A stretch of 24,414 nt of DNA from Longivirga aurantiaca. GTDB taxonomy: Bacteria > Actinomycetota > Actinomycetes > S36-B12 > CAIYMF01. Of the stretch, positions 9,495-18,016 are shown piece after piece. Both the position numbers and the translations under genes were made by a program. The notes under the pieces were generated by a model. The model saw nothing but the letters and a program-made list of their open reading frames with translations. It was not told where the DNA came from and made no database searches. How positions within the stretch are numbered: the first letter of the stretch is position 1; each line of letters starts with the position of its first letter. The stretch covers positions 1 to 24,414 of the forward strand of contig NZ_JBHSTI010000015.1 of NCBI RefSeq assembly GCF_042660085.1, in the 5' to 3' direction.

Positions 9495-10232
9495 AGGGGA
9501 ACCTCGGCGCTAGTGGGGCGTTCGGCAGTGTCGAGAGCAAACCTGTCATTCGCGATCGCACGTGCAGACCGTCTGTTCGCCCCGCGACTTGGCGTTGACG
9601 CTGGATACCCTCCACGGCTCGGAGGTCAGGAACAATGTTCGGACTGCACATTGCGACGACCGACAGACGCCACCTCGCCCACTGAACCGGCGTTGGCTGA
9701 GCGGTTGAATAGGCTCAATCAGCGTGCCGAACGAGTTCGGTGGTGGCGTCCCTGGCATTGCTTGTAGGTTTCGTGTCCGGCAAGCCGATGGTCGGCGGTC
9801 TCGCATGAGTTTCGCACGCTCGTGGCGCAAACTCCCGAATAGCCCGACCATAGACCGGCCTCACACGGCAGCTGCACAGGTCCCGCGATCGAGACGCGGC
9901 ACCGTGCCCATCGTCTTGGTCGGGAATCGTCTGGAGACTCGATGCCAGTGGCATTCGGACTGGACGGGTCGTGACGAGCCAGGGAGCCATGACCAGGCGC
10001 CGTTCCTTGGGGAGTGGGTTGTCCACTTCGTGACCAACATCGGGCGACAGGACAACGCCACGCACGCCAGCGTTCCGCGTTCACCGCGTCGCCCCAATGA
10101 ATGCCGGTGCCGAGTGAGCCTACAAAACTAGGCCATGAATGACCCTTGTAGTCAGGCCATAATATGCCCTACTGTTCCATCCACATTGGATCCGACCCGA
10201 GGCATCCAAGGTTCGGCTGAGGAGGAGCGAGC

Positions 10233-10634
10233 GTGTTTGACGTCAGGACCACAGGTGACGAGGCCTTGATCCGTCTTCGGCTCGCACCCAGCGACGCTCG
10301 GTACGCGGGCAACCTCGTCGCCGGCTCCAAAGCGCTGGAGATCTTTGCCGATCTCGAGACCGAGTTGTCACTGCGCGAAGGCGGCGATGAGGGACTTTGC
10401 GTCTCATACAGCTCGGTCAACTTCGCTGCCCCCCTGCGCGTTGGGGACTTCGTCGAAGGCATCGCGAGGGTCGTGGAGCGCGGCAACACCAGCCGCAAGG
10501 TCGAGGCTCGCCTCTACAAAGTGCTGAGCGTGGACGAGAAGGGCCTGTTGATCGATCAGGACGGTCCGGTGTTGGCCGTCTCCGCGGTGGCGACGATCGT
10601 CGTCGGCCGAGGAACTGCTGCGCAGGAGTCCTGA
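10233..10634 (+). CDS. Hotdog-fold protein resembling 3-aminobutyryl-CoA / beta-alanyl-CoA ammonia-lyase
   Basis: GTG start with GGAGG upstream (10221-10225). PSDARYAGNLVAGSKALEIFADLETELSLREGGDEGLCVSYSSVNFAAPLRVGDFVEGIARVVERGNTSRKVEARLYKV resembles the (K/S)DAHY-GNLV...GD--TEL...V-F-APV--GDF pattern of that lyase group, recalled from memory. Stop at 10634 abuts the ligase start at 10636. Confidence 0.7.
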   Translation: MFDVRTTGDEALIRLRLAPSDARYAGNLVAGSKALEIFADLETELSLREGGDEGLCVSYSSVNFAAPLRVGDFVEGIARVVERGNTSRKVEARLYKVLSVDEKGLLIDQDGPVLAVSAVATIVVGRGTAAQES

Positions 10635-10635
10635 C

Positions 10636-12126
10636 GTGTCAACTTTCGGGAGCACCCTCGTTTCGTGGATCGGGGCGGTTGCGCGGGCACACCCGAACGA
10701 TCCGGCCTTGATCTTCGAAGGTGACACGTGGACATACAAGGACCTCTGGCATCGTTCAGCCTCGATCTCCCGCGAGCTATTGGCGAAAGGCCTTCGCCGC
10801 GGAGAATCCGTTGGGCTCGTCGGAGCAAACGAAGCGGTGTACGTCGCGACCTACTTCGGGATCATGCGTGCCGGCGCAACGGCGGTTCCCCTGAACGCCA
10901 TGCTCGACGTCAAGTCGCTCCGCGAACAACTTGAGCTCGTCGAAGCCACCAGCGTCTTCGTCGGTCACGTCGCCGAGGGTGTTCGAGACGAGCTCGCTGA
11001 GTCCTTTCGAGTTCTCCCCATGCATGGCTCAGGCGCCGCTGTCAGCCGTTCCCAGCTACCGGCCGTTAGAACGAACACTCCGTGTTCGATCATGCTCACG
11101 AGCGGCTCCACCGGGAAGCCCAAGGGAGCTGTCCACACGCAAGGAACGATGCTGCACGCTGCGCTTCAACTGGGCTCCATGTTCCCATTCGGCCCTGGTC
11201 AGCGAGGTGTGGTCTTTCTCCCGCTGTACGCCTGTATCCCGGAGCAGGTCTTGCCGATGCTGTGCATGGGCGGCGCGTTGGAGATCCTGCCGCGATTCGA
11301 CATCGAGAGAATCGCGGACGCCTGCCTCCAGGCGACGACGTTTGATGCCGTTCCCACCGTGATGGGCCGGCTCATCGAGCACGCTCCCTTGGACAAGCTC
11401 GCTCACCTCGAATGGGTTCTGTTCGCATCTGAAGCGATGCCGACCGCCTTGATCAACCGGTGGTGGGAGGAACTCCCCAACGTGGAGACACATCAGTTCT
11501 ATGGGATGACCGAGATCCTCCCGCTCACGGCCGCAAGTCATCGAATGCTTCGTGCCGAACCGACGACCGTGGGTCGGGCTTTCCCGACCACCTCGATCCG
11601 AGTTCAAGCGACTGACGGCTTCGAGTCTCTCGATGGCAGCGGTGAATTGGTCGGGATGAGCCCCGCCCGAATGCTGGGCTACTACAACGACGATCCAGCG
11701 ACTGCTCGCGCGGTATCAACCACTGGGGGAATGCACACAGGCGACATCGGACGTATCGACGAGAACGGGTTCGTGTATCTCACGGGACGCCTGAAGGACA
11801 TCATCATCACGGGCGGCATCAATGTCTCGCCCGGCGAGATCGAGCACGTCGCTTGCCACCACCCGGACGTTCTCTCAGCGATCGTTGTCGGGCTCCAGAG
11901 TCAGCGGTGGGGCGAAACGCCCGTCGTCGTTGCCGTGGCGAAGCCTGGCCGTGACCTCTCAGCGGATGAACTTCTCCGATACTGCCGGAGCAATCTCGCT
12001 AGTTACAAGCGCCCGTCCGGAGCCGCTGTCGTAACGAGCCTCCCGACGACCGGCATTGGCAAGGCTGCAAAGGAATCAGTCAAGCAGATGATCATGGACG
12101 GGGTGATCCTGCTTGTTCACGCGTGA
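10636..12126 (+). CDS. ANL-superfamily acyl-CoA synthetase/ligase
   Basis: P-loop SIMLTSGSTGKPKGAVHT, QFYGMTEI, TGDIGRIDENGFVYLTGRLKDIIITGGINVSPGEIE and C-terminal TTGIGKAAKESV. Confidence 0.93.
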   Translation: MSTFGSTLVSWIGAVARAHPNDPALIFEGDTWTYKDLWHRSASISRELLAKGLRRGESVGLVGANEAVYVATYFGIMRAGATAVPLNAMLDVKSLREQLELVEATSVFVGHVAEGVRDELAESFRVLPMHGSGAAVSRSQLPAVRTNTPCSIMLTSGSTGKPKGAVHTQGTMLHAALQLGSMFPFGPGQRGVVFLPLYACIPEQVLPMLCMGGALEILPRFDIERIADACLQATTFDAVPTVMGRLIEHAPLDKLAHLEWVLFASEAMPTALINRWWEELPNVETHQFYGMTEILPLTAASHRMLRAEPTTVGRAFPTTSIRVQATDGFESLDGSGELVGMSPARMLGYYNDDPATARAVSTTGGMHTGDIGRIDENGFVYLTGRLKDIIITGGINVSPGEIEHVACHHPDVLSAIVVGLQSQRWGETPVVVAVAKPGRDLSADELLRYCRSNLASYKRPSGAAVVTSLPTTGIGKAAKESVKQMIMDGVILLVHA

Positions 12127-13042
12127 GAGCCTCGAGACCGTACTGTCGGATGGTCGAGCAGGACTGTGGGGGCCGCTCGCCCGGGCGATCACTCGTGTCG
12201 AAAACACTCCGCCCTGGGAGGTTTCGATCTCCCGAGGGCCTACTCCGACGCACATCGTCGGCATCACTGGCCCGCCCGGTGCCGGCAAGTCCACCCTGAC
12301 CGGTCGGCTCATCGCGGCCTATGCAGACGCGGGCCAGCGCGTCGCGGTTCTCGCGATCGACCCATCAAGCCCCCTGAGCGGTGGAGCCGTACTGGGGGAT
12401 CGCCTGCGGATGGAGACGCACCTCAATGGGCGACCCAACGTCTTCGTGCGCAGTCTCGCGAGCCGAGGGTCACATGGCGCGGTGGCCGGTGCGACCCGAA
12501 ACATCGCGCGACTCCTAGAATTGTCAGGTCTGTTCGACGTCATCTTGATCGAGACGGTGGGTGCTGGACAGACCGAGGTCGCGATCGTAGAGGTGGCCGA
12601 CACCGTCGTGTTAGTGACAGTGCCGGGCTTGGGTGACGCAGTGCAAACGATCAAGGCAGGCCTGATGGAGGTCGCTGACATGTTCATTGTGAACATGGCT
12701 GACCGACCGGGGGCAGCCGAAACTGCTCGCCACCTCCGTCTAGCGGCTGGCCGAGCAGGACTCGTCCTCCAAACCACGGCCCGTGATGGGATCGGTGTAG
12801 ATGAAGTTCGCACAGCCCTACAGAACCGATGGGCGGAGCTGGCGAACGAGGGGCGGTTGGACGAACTGAGGGCCCACAAGTGGGGCTCGGACGCGGCGTT
12901 GATCGCCGAGGCCTGGGTAGGTGCCTGCGCTCGGGAGATGCCGGTCGCTATCCGCGAGACGATGGTAGGAGCCGTCGAAGAGATCTTGATCGACGCGTCA
13001 AAGCGTTGGCAGTTACAACGGCAGGAGCACCGAAATGAGTGA
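12113..13042 (+). CDS. meaB: MeaB/ArgK-family P-loop GTPase (B12-mutase chaperone)
   Basis: GITGPPGAGKSTLTGRLIAAY, AIDPSSPLSGGAVLGDRLRM, FVRSLASRGSHGAVAGAT, ILIETVGAGQTEV and NMADRPGA. Overlaps the ligase by 14 bp and the mutase by 8 bp. Confidence 0.95.
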   Translation: MFTRESLETVLSDGRAGLWGPLARAITRVENTPPWEVSISRGPTPTHIVGITGPPGAGKSTLTGRLIAAYADAGQRVAVLAIDPSSPLSGGAVLGDRLRMETHLNGRPNVFVRSLASRGSHGAVAGATRNIARLLELSGLFDVILIETVGAGQTEVAIVEVADTVVLVTVPGLGDAVQTIKAGLMEVADMFIVNMADRPGAAETARHLRLAAGRAGLVLQTTARDGIGVDEVRTALQNRWAELANEGRLDELRAHKWGSDAALIAEAWVGACAREMPVAIRETMVGAVEEILIDASKRWQLQRQEHRNE

Positions 13043-14714
13043 CACCACATCCGCCAGCGATGCAAGCGTCGAGGCGTGGAAAAGGGAAACCCTAGCCGCT
13101 GACTACGAGCGCGTGCGCCCGCGTCGGGATCAGTACCAGACGCTGTCTGGAGCGGCGATCAATGACGTCTACACCCCTGGAGACCTTGGTGGCTTTGACC
13201 ACGACCGTGACCTAGGCCTTCCGGGCCAGTACCCGTACACGCGAGGCGTCCACGCAAGCATGTTCCGCGGCCGGCCCTGGACAATTCGTCAGGTTGCAGG
13301 CTTCGGTCAGGCCGAAGACACCAACAACCGATACAAGTATCTGCTCAAGACAGGACAGACGGGCTTGTCTACGGACTTCGACCTGCCGACCCTGTTGGGC
13401 TACGACTCGGATCACGAGGTCTTCCGTCGTGAGGTCGGGAAGATCGGTGTCGCGATTGACACGGTTGTGGACATGCACGCTCTGTTCGATGAGATCCCTC
13501 TGGACCAGATCTCGACGTCCATGACCATCAACCCGACCGCGGCGATCTTGCTAGCGATGTATCGCGTTGTCGGCGACGAACGCGGCTTCTCCGGGGACGC
13601 ACTCACTGGGACGACGCAGAACGACATCCTCAAGGAGTACACGGCGCAGAACGAGTTCATCTTCCCCCCTCTTCCGGCGGTTGAGCTAGTTGTGGACACG
13701 ATGGAGTACGGCGCCCAAGTGATGCCTCGCTTCAATCCTCTCAATGCCTGCGGATACCACATCAGAGAAGCGGGCGCGACCGCGGTGGAAGAGGTTGGGC
13801 TGACAATCAGCGCGGCGCTGTGCTACCTGGAGCACGCAGTGGCGCGCGGCATCGACGTTGATCGGCTTGCACCGCGCGTGTCGTTCTTCTGGGACGTCCA
13901 CAACAACTTCTTCGAGGAGGCGGCCAAGCTGCGCGCAGCCCGTCGGCTTTGGGCACGGCTCATGCGCGAGCGGCTGAATTGCAAGAATCCCAAGTCGTGG
14001 CTCATGCGGGCCCATTGTCAGACCGCGGGGGTGTCGTTGACGGCGCAGCAGCCGTACAACAACGTGGCACGCACAGCTTTGCAGGCCATGGCAGCCGTAC
14101 TCGGAGGCACACAGTCTCTGCACACCAACTCACTCGACGAGGCTCTGTCGATCCCTTCGGAGAGTGCCATCAAGATTGCGGTGAGGACGCAGCAGATCAT
14201 CCTGCACGAGACGGGTGTGGCAGACGTGGTGGATCCCTTGGGCGGCTCCTACTACGTGGAGGCCCTGACCACTCAGATCGAACAGGACGCCATGGCGCTG
14301 ATCGAGCGGATCGATGCCATGGGAGGCATGATCAACGCTGTCGAGTCCGGGTATGCCGGCCAGCTGATCGCCGACTCCGCCTGGGAGCAGCAGGTCAAGT
14401 TGGAGAGCAACGATTCGATTCAGGTCGGGGTGAACGACTTCGTCGACGAGACGGAGGGTCAGCAGATCGAGATTGACCGCCCTGTCCCCGGCGTCATGGA
14501 ACGTCAGATGCAGCGGCTCTCGGACGTGAAGCGCACACGTGAGCAGAGGCGCGTATCGGAGACACTCCGCGCTATCGAGACTGCCGCGCCGAACCTGCAC
14601 AACAACCTGATGCCCCTCATCGAGGACGCGGTGCGCGCGCGCGCCTCGGTGGGTGAGATCTCTGACGTCCTGCGTGGCACCTGGGGCCAGTACCAGCCCT
14701 CCACCGTCTTCTAG
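13035..14714 (+). CDS. Adenosylcobalamin-dependent acyl-CoA mutase large subunit, closest in motif to 2-hydroxyisobutyryl-CoA mutase (HcmA)-like proteins
   Basis: 559 aa. YPYTRGVHASMFRGRPWTIRQVAGFGQAEDTNNRYKYLLKTGQTGLSTDFDLPTLLGYDSDH, GYHIREAGATAVEE, HCQTAGVSL and LGGTQSLHTNSLDEALSIPSE. No B12 domain fused. Confidence 0.93.
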   Translation: MSDTTSASDASVEAWKRETLAADYERVRPRRDQYQTLSGAAINDVYTPGDLGGFDHDRDLGLPGQYPYTRGVHASMFRGRPWTIRQVAGFGQAEDTNNRYKYLLKTGQTGLSTDFDLPTLLGYDSDHEVFRREVGKIGVAIDTVVDMHALFDEIPLDQISTSMTINPTAAILLAMYRVVGDERGFSGDALTGTTQNDILKEYTAQNEFIFPPLPAVELVVDTMEYGAQVMPRFNPLNACGYHIREAGATAVEEVGLTISAALCYLEHAVARGIDVDRLAPRVSFFWDVHNNFFEEAAKLRAARRLWARLMRERLNCKNPKSWLMRAHCQTAGVSLTAQQPYNNVARTALQAMAAVLGGTQSLHTNSLDEALSIPSESAIKIAVRTQQIILHETGVADVVDPLGGSYYVEALTTQIEQDAMALIERIDAMGGMINAVESGYAGQLIADSAWEQQVKLESNDSIQVGVNDFVDETEGQQIEIDRPVPGVMERQMQRLSDVKRTREQRRVSETLRAIETAAPNLHNNLMPLIEDAVRARASVGEISDVLRGTWGQYQPSTVF

Positions 14715-14737
14715 AATGGAACGAGGAGATCACAGTC

Positions 14738-15175
14738 ATGGCTAATTCCCCCGCAACGAACTCTGCACCCCTCAAGGTCGTGGTGGCCAAACCTGGGCTC
14801 GATGGTCACGACCGTGGGGCCAAGGTCGTGGCACGCGCGCTGCGTGACTCAGGCATGGAAGTCGTCTACACGGGCATCTACCAGACCCCGGAGTCGATCA
14901 TGCGCGCCGTCATCCAGGAGGACGCCGACGTCCTTGGTCTGTCCAGCCTCTCCGGTGCCCATCTGGATTATGCGGAGGAGCTCGGTCAGCTACTGCGGGC
15001 CAACGACAGAGCTGACGTGCTGTTCGTTGCGGGCGGAACCATTCCTCCAGAGGATGCAGTCAAGTTGAAGGAGTACGGAGTGCACGAGGTCTTCGGCCCC
15101 GGAACGCCGACGACTGTTCTGGTCGAGTACGTCACCACTTACGCAAGGAATGTGTCTGCCATCCCAGTTCAGTAG
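14738..15175 (+). CDS. B12-binding small subunit of the acyl-CoA mutase
   Basis: VVVAKPGLDGHDRGAKVVARALRDSGMEVVYTGIYQTPESI...DVLGLSSLSGAHL...VLFVAGGTIPPED: DxHxxG...SxL...GG cobalamin-binding signature. Confidence 0.95.
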   Translation: MANSPATNSAPLKVVVAKPGLDGHDRGAKVVARALRDSGMEVVYTGIYQTPESIMRAVIQEDADVLGLSSLSGAHLDYAEELGQLLRANDRADVLFVAGGTIPPEDAVKLKEYGVHEVFGPGTPTTVLVEYVTTYARNVSAIPVQ

Positions 15176-15320
15176 CACCCCAGTTCTCGCAGGCCTACAC
15201 ACGATCCTCGCCGGGCGCTCTCATTGTGCGGATGTAATCGCCAGATTCGACGCGTATTCAAGCGAAGCCAAGTCGTCCAATGAGTTCACCTGCGCGGCAG
15301 GTTGGAGACGGAGCAGTAAA

Positions 15321-15899
15321 GTGGTCCACTTGACGCGCATATACACGCGCACTGGGGATGGCGGGCAAACCAGCCTCGGTGACATGAGCAAGACCAGCAA
15401 GTTGGATACCCGACTCCTTGCATACGCTGACGTTGACGAGGCGAACAGCCAAATCGGATTTGCGATCGCGTTGGGCGGGCTCGACGCGGACGTCGTGGAT
15501 GTACTGCGACAGGTCCAGAACGAGATGTTCGACGTCGGGGCTGACCTTTGCTGCCCCGTCGCAAAAGACCCGGCTCATCCGCCATTGAGAATCGAACCTG
15601 ACTACATCCGCAGACTGGAGCGCTGGTGCGATCACTACAACGCCCAGCTGCCAGATCTACGCTCCTTCATCTTGAGGGGGGGAGCTCCTTCTGCCGCCGC
15701 CGTGCACATCGCCTGTACCGTGACGCGACGCGCAGAGCGCTCGGCGTGGGCGGCCATCCAGGATCACGGCCCCACGATGAATGTTCTGACTGCGAAGTAC
15801 CTGAACCGCCTCAGTGATCTACTTTTCGTCCTGGCGCGGTATGCCAACCGAGACCTAGGGGATGTCCTCTGGGAGCCGGGGGGAGAGCGATCTACGTGA
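15321..15899 (+). CDS. PduO-type cob(I)alamin adenosyltransferase (ORF opens at 15150; likely start GTG 15321)
   Basis: VVHLTRIYTRTGDGGQTSLGDMSKTSKLDTRLLAYADVDEANSQIG...VTRRAERSAWAAI...YLNRLSDLLFVLARYANRD. Confidence 0.92.
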   Translation: MVHLTRIYTRTGDGGQTSLGDMSKTSKLDTRLLAYADVDEANSQIGFAIALGGLDADVVDVLRQVQNEMFDVGADLCCPVAKDPAHPPLRIEPDYIRRLERWCDHYNAQLPDLRSFILRGGAPSAAAVHIACTVTRRAERSAWAAIQDHGPTMNVLTAKYLNRLSDLLFVLARYANRDLGDVLWEPGGERST

Positions 15900-16070
15900 A
15901 GGCCGGTCGCGGGTCCTTCGACGTCCCGCTTGTCTGTGGCTCGCCGGGCAACGGGGCGTTGAATGGGTTGGCCTCTGAGAGCCACAGCCAGGTCGGCGAG
16001 ATGGTCAGGTGTACCGCTACCGCTGCCTGGACGAGGCATTCTCCTTCGGGCCGCCACCCAGGTGGCTTTC

Positions 16071-16949
16071 GTGCTTGACGGGGCGGAGGGCATCCGACGC
16101 GTCGGCGTCGTCGGCAGCGGAATGATGGGATCCGGCATCGCTGAGGTCTGCGCCCGTGCCGGATACAAGGTCAGCGTGTACGACCTCACGCCCGAGTCCG
16201 CCGAGGCTGGTCTCGAGCGAATCCAGCGGTCGCTCCTCCGGGCCGAGAGAGCAGGAAAGGTCACCACCGAAGCTCGGATGTCAGCTCTGGGCCGGATCAA
16301 TGTGCATACGGACCTATGGCGCCTCGAGGGCAGTGACCTTGTCATCGAGGCGGCGACCGAGAACGAGCAGCTGAAGCTGGAGATTTTTCGGAAGCTAGAC
16401 GAGGTCGTCACGTCCACCGATGCCATTCTCGCCAGCAACACGTCCTCGATTCCGATCATGAACATCGCCATGGCGACAAGCCGTCCTGAGCACGTTATCG
16501 GAGTTCACTTCTTCAATCCGGCGACGATTCTCGATCTGGTTGAGATCGTGCCCTCACTCCTCACGGCTCCAAAGGTGATCGACCGAGCGAGCATTTTCGT
16601 GACTGCTGCCCTGAGCAAGACCGTCATCCGGGCGCCGGATCGCGCTGGGTTCATTGTGAACTTCCTTATCGTCCCCTACCTGCTTGCAGCCATACGCATG
16701 TACGAATCGGGCTTCGCCGCAGCAGAGGATGTTGACCGCGGAATGGTGTTGGGTTGCGGTCATCCGATGGGCCCGCTTCGGCTGGCGGATCTCATCGGCC
16801 TCGACACCGTAAGCGCCATTGCGCATGCGATGTACCTGGAGCACAAGGAGCCGTTGTACTCGTCGCCGCCTCTGCTTCAGCGCATGGTTTCTGCCGGTCT
16901 GGTCGGACGGAAGGTTGGTCGCGGCTTCTATGCCTACCCAGAGCCTTAG
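16071..16949 (+). CDS. 3-hydroxyacyl-CoA (3-hydroxybutyryl-CoA) dehydrogenase; ORF opens at 15963, likely start GTG 16071
   Basis: RRVGVVGSGMMGSGIAEVCARAGYKVSVYD, DLVIEAATENEQLKLEIF, ILASNTSSIPI, VIGVHFFNPATILDLVEIV and GHPMGPLRLADLIGLDT. Confidence 0.92.
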   Translation: MLDGAEGIRRVGVVGSGMMGSGIAEVCARAGYKVSVYDLTPESAEAGLERIQRSLLRAERAGKVTTEARMSALGRINVHTDLWRLEGSDLVIEAATENEQLKLEIFRKLDEVVTSTDAILASNTSSIPIMNIAMATSRPEHVIGVHFFNPATILDLVEIVPSLLTAPKVIDRASIFVTAALSKTVIRAPDRAGFIVNFLIVPYLLAAIRMYESGFAAAEDVDRGMVLGCGHPMGPLRLADLIGLDTVSAIAHAMYLEHKEPLYSSPPLLQRMVSAGLVGRKVGRGFYAYPEP

Positions 16950-17749
16950 CCAACTGGGCGCGCTCGAGTGAGTTCGAAGGGGAAGTTCTCGGCTCCTTCG
17001 ACCTCGGAGTGATCCTCGGTAGCAGTCTCGACAACGATGCCGGCGTAGACCGAAGACGATGGTGAACCGACACTTGACCCTGAGCATCGCTGACCGGGCC
17101 GACGAGATTGAATACACGCTCATGGCGATGGGTCGAGGCGCTCTACTGTCGTGGTGACCAAGAGCTCTTCTATCCGCGATGTCCGGCGAGCAATGGCGTG
17201 GTCAATGCTGATGAGTTGCCCCCGGTGTTCGTCGTCCCGTCCAGCCAGGTTGCGCCGGTTGCACCGCTGCGGTAAGCGGCTTGGGGCGATGGGTTGAAGC
17301 CTCACCCACGCTTGTCGCGCGCAGGGCTGCATCCCAGCCTCGGTGTAAGCGACCACGACGGGGGGCGTAGCTTCGCCTTGATCGCCGCCAAGCCTTCAAG
17401 TGAGGAACCCACGTCCGTGTCGTAGGAGTGTCGCCGACCCGAACCTGACTTCGACAGCGGTTACGAGGTCACTTGGAGCACCGTGCACGACCGCCCGGTT
17501 CGCGAACAGCGCGATCAACACCGCGGTCTGCCCCCGGATCCAACCGGCGGCCGCCGATCGCTTCGGTAATCGCGGTGCCGAAGGCTAGGGGCGCGGTCCC
17601 ACGTCTGGCTTCACAAACACGCCGCGCACAGCGACCGCGACCCCAGCAACCGCCGGGGACTCCCCAATTCCGCCACCTGGGTCCGTCGCCGTGCGCAGGG
17701 GTCGCGGCACCGAAATCAGCGCCATCCAGATCAGCCCACGGTACTGACC

Positions 17750-17774
17750 GGATTCAACCGATCGTCGCACCACC
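17750..17774 (+). repeat. Left terminal inverted repeat of the IS30-type remnant
   Basis: Pairs with the reverse complement of 20635-20659 with a few mismatches. Confidence 0.7.
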
Positions 17775-17980
17775 GGCTTCTTGCAGCGACTGTAGAAGTT
17801 CTTCGAAGGCCTCGGCGGGTGTCTTCCATCCGAGGATCTTGCGAGGCTTGCCGTTGATGGCGGCGGCGACAGCCTGGATCTCCTCGTTGCTCCAGCGCGA
17901 TAGGTCGGTGCCCTTGGGGAAGTACTGGCGCAGCAGCCCGTTGGTGTTCTCATTGTCGGCGACGGGCGAAAGCTGGTCAC
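17754..17980 (-). pseudogene. C-terminal fragment of an IS30-family transposase
   Basis: Minus strand reads DNENTNGLLRQYFPKGTDLSRWSNEEIQAVAAAINGKPRKILGWKTPAEAFEELLQSLQEAGGATIG*. Confidence 0.88.
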
Positions 17981-18016
17981 TATCGACGCTCGAAAAGTGA
18001 ACAGGTGCGGGGCAGT

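Noticed and set aside
9546-9851. 101-aa minus-strand ORF between the aldehyde dehydrogenase and the operon
   Set aside because: No motif, codon usage not convincing, overlaps several equally long ORFs in other frames.
10140-10232. Possible cobalamin riboswitch in front of the B12-dependent operon
   Set aside because: No clear B12 box or conserved core could be seen; a covariance-model search would be needed to exclude it.
12319-13065. 248-aa minus-strand ORF
   Set aside because: Antisense to MeaB; no recognisable motifs.
15764-16471. 235-aa minus-strand ORF
   Set aside because: Antisense to the adenosyltransferase/dehydrogenase junction; Ser/Arg-rich shadow ORF.
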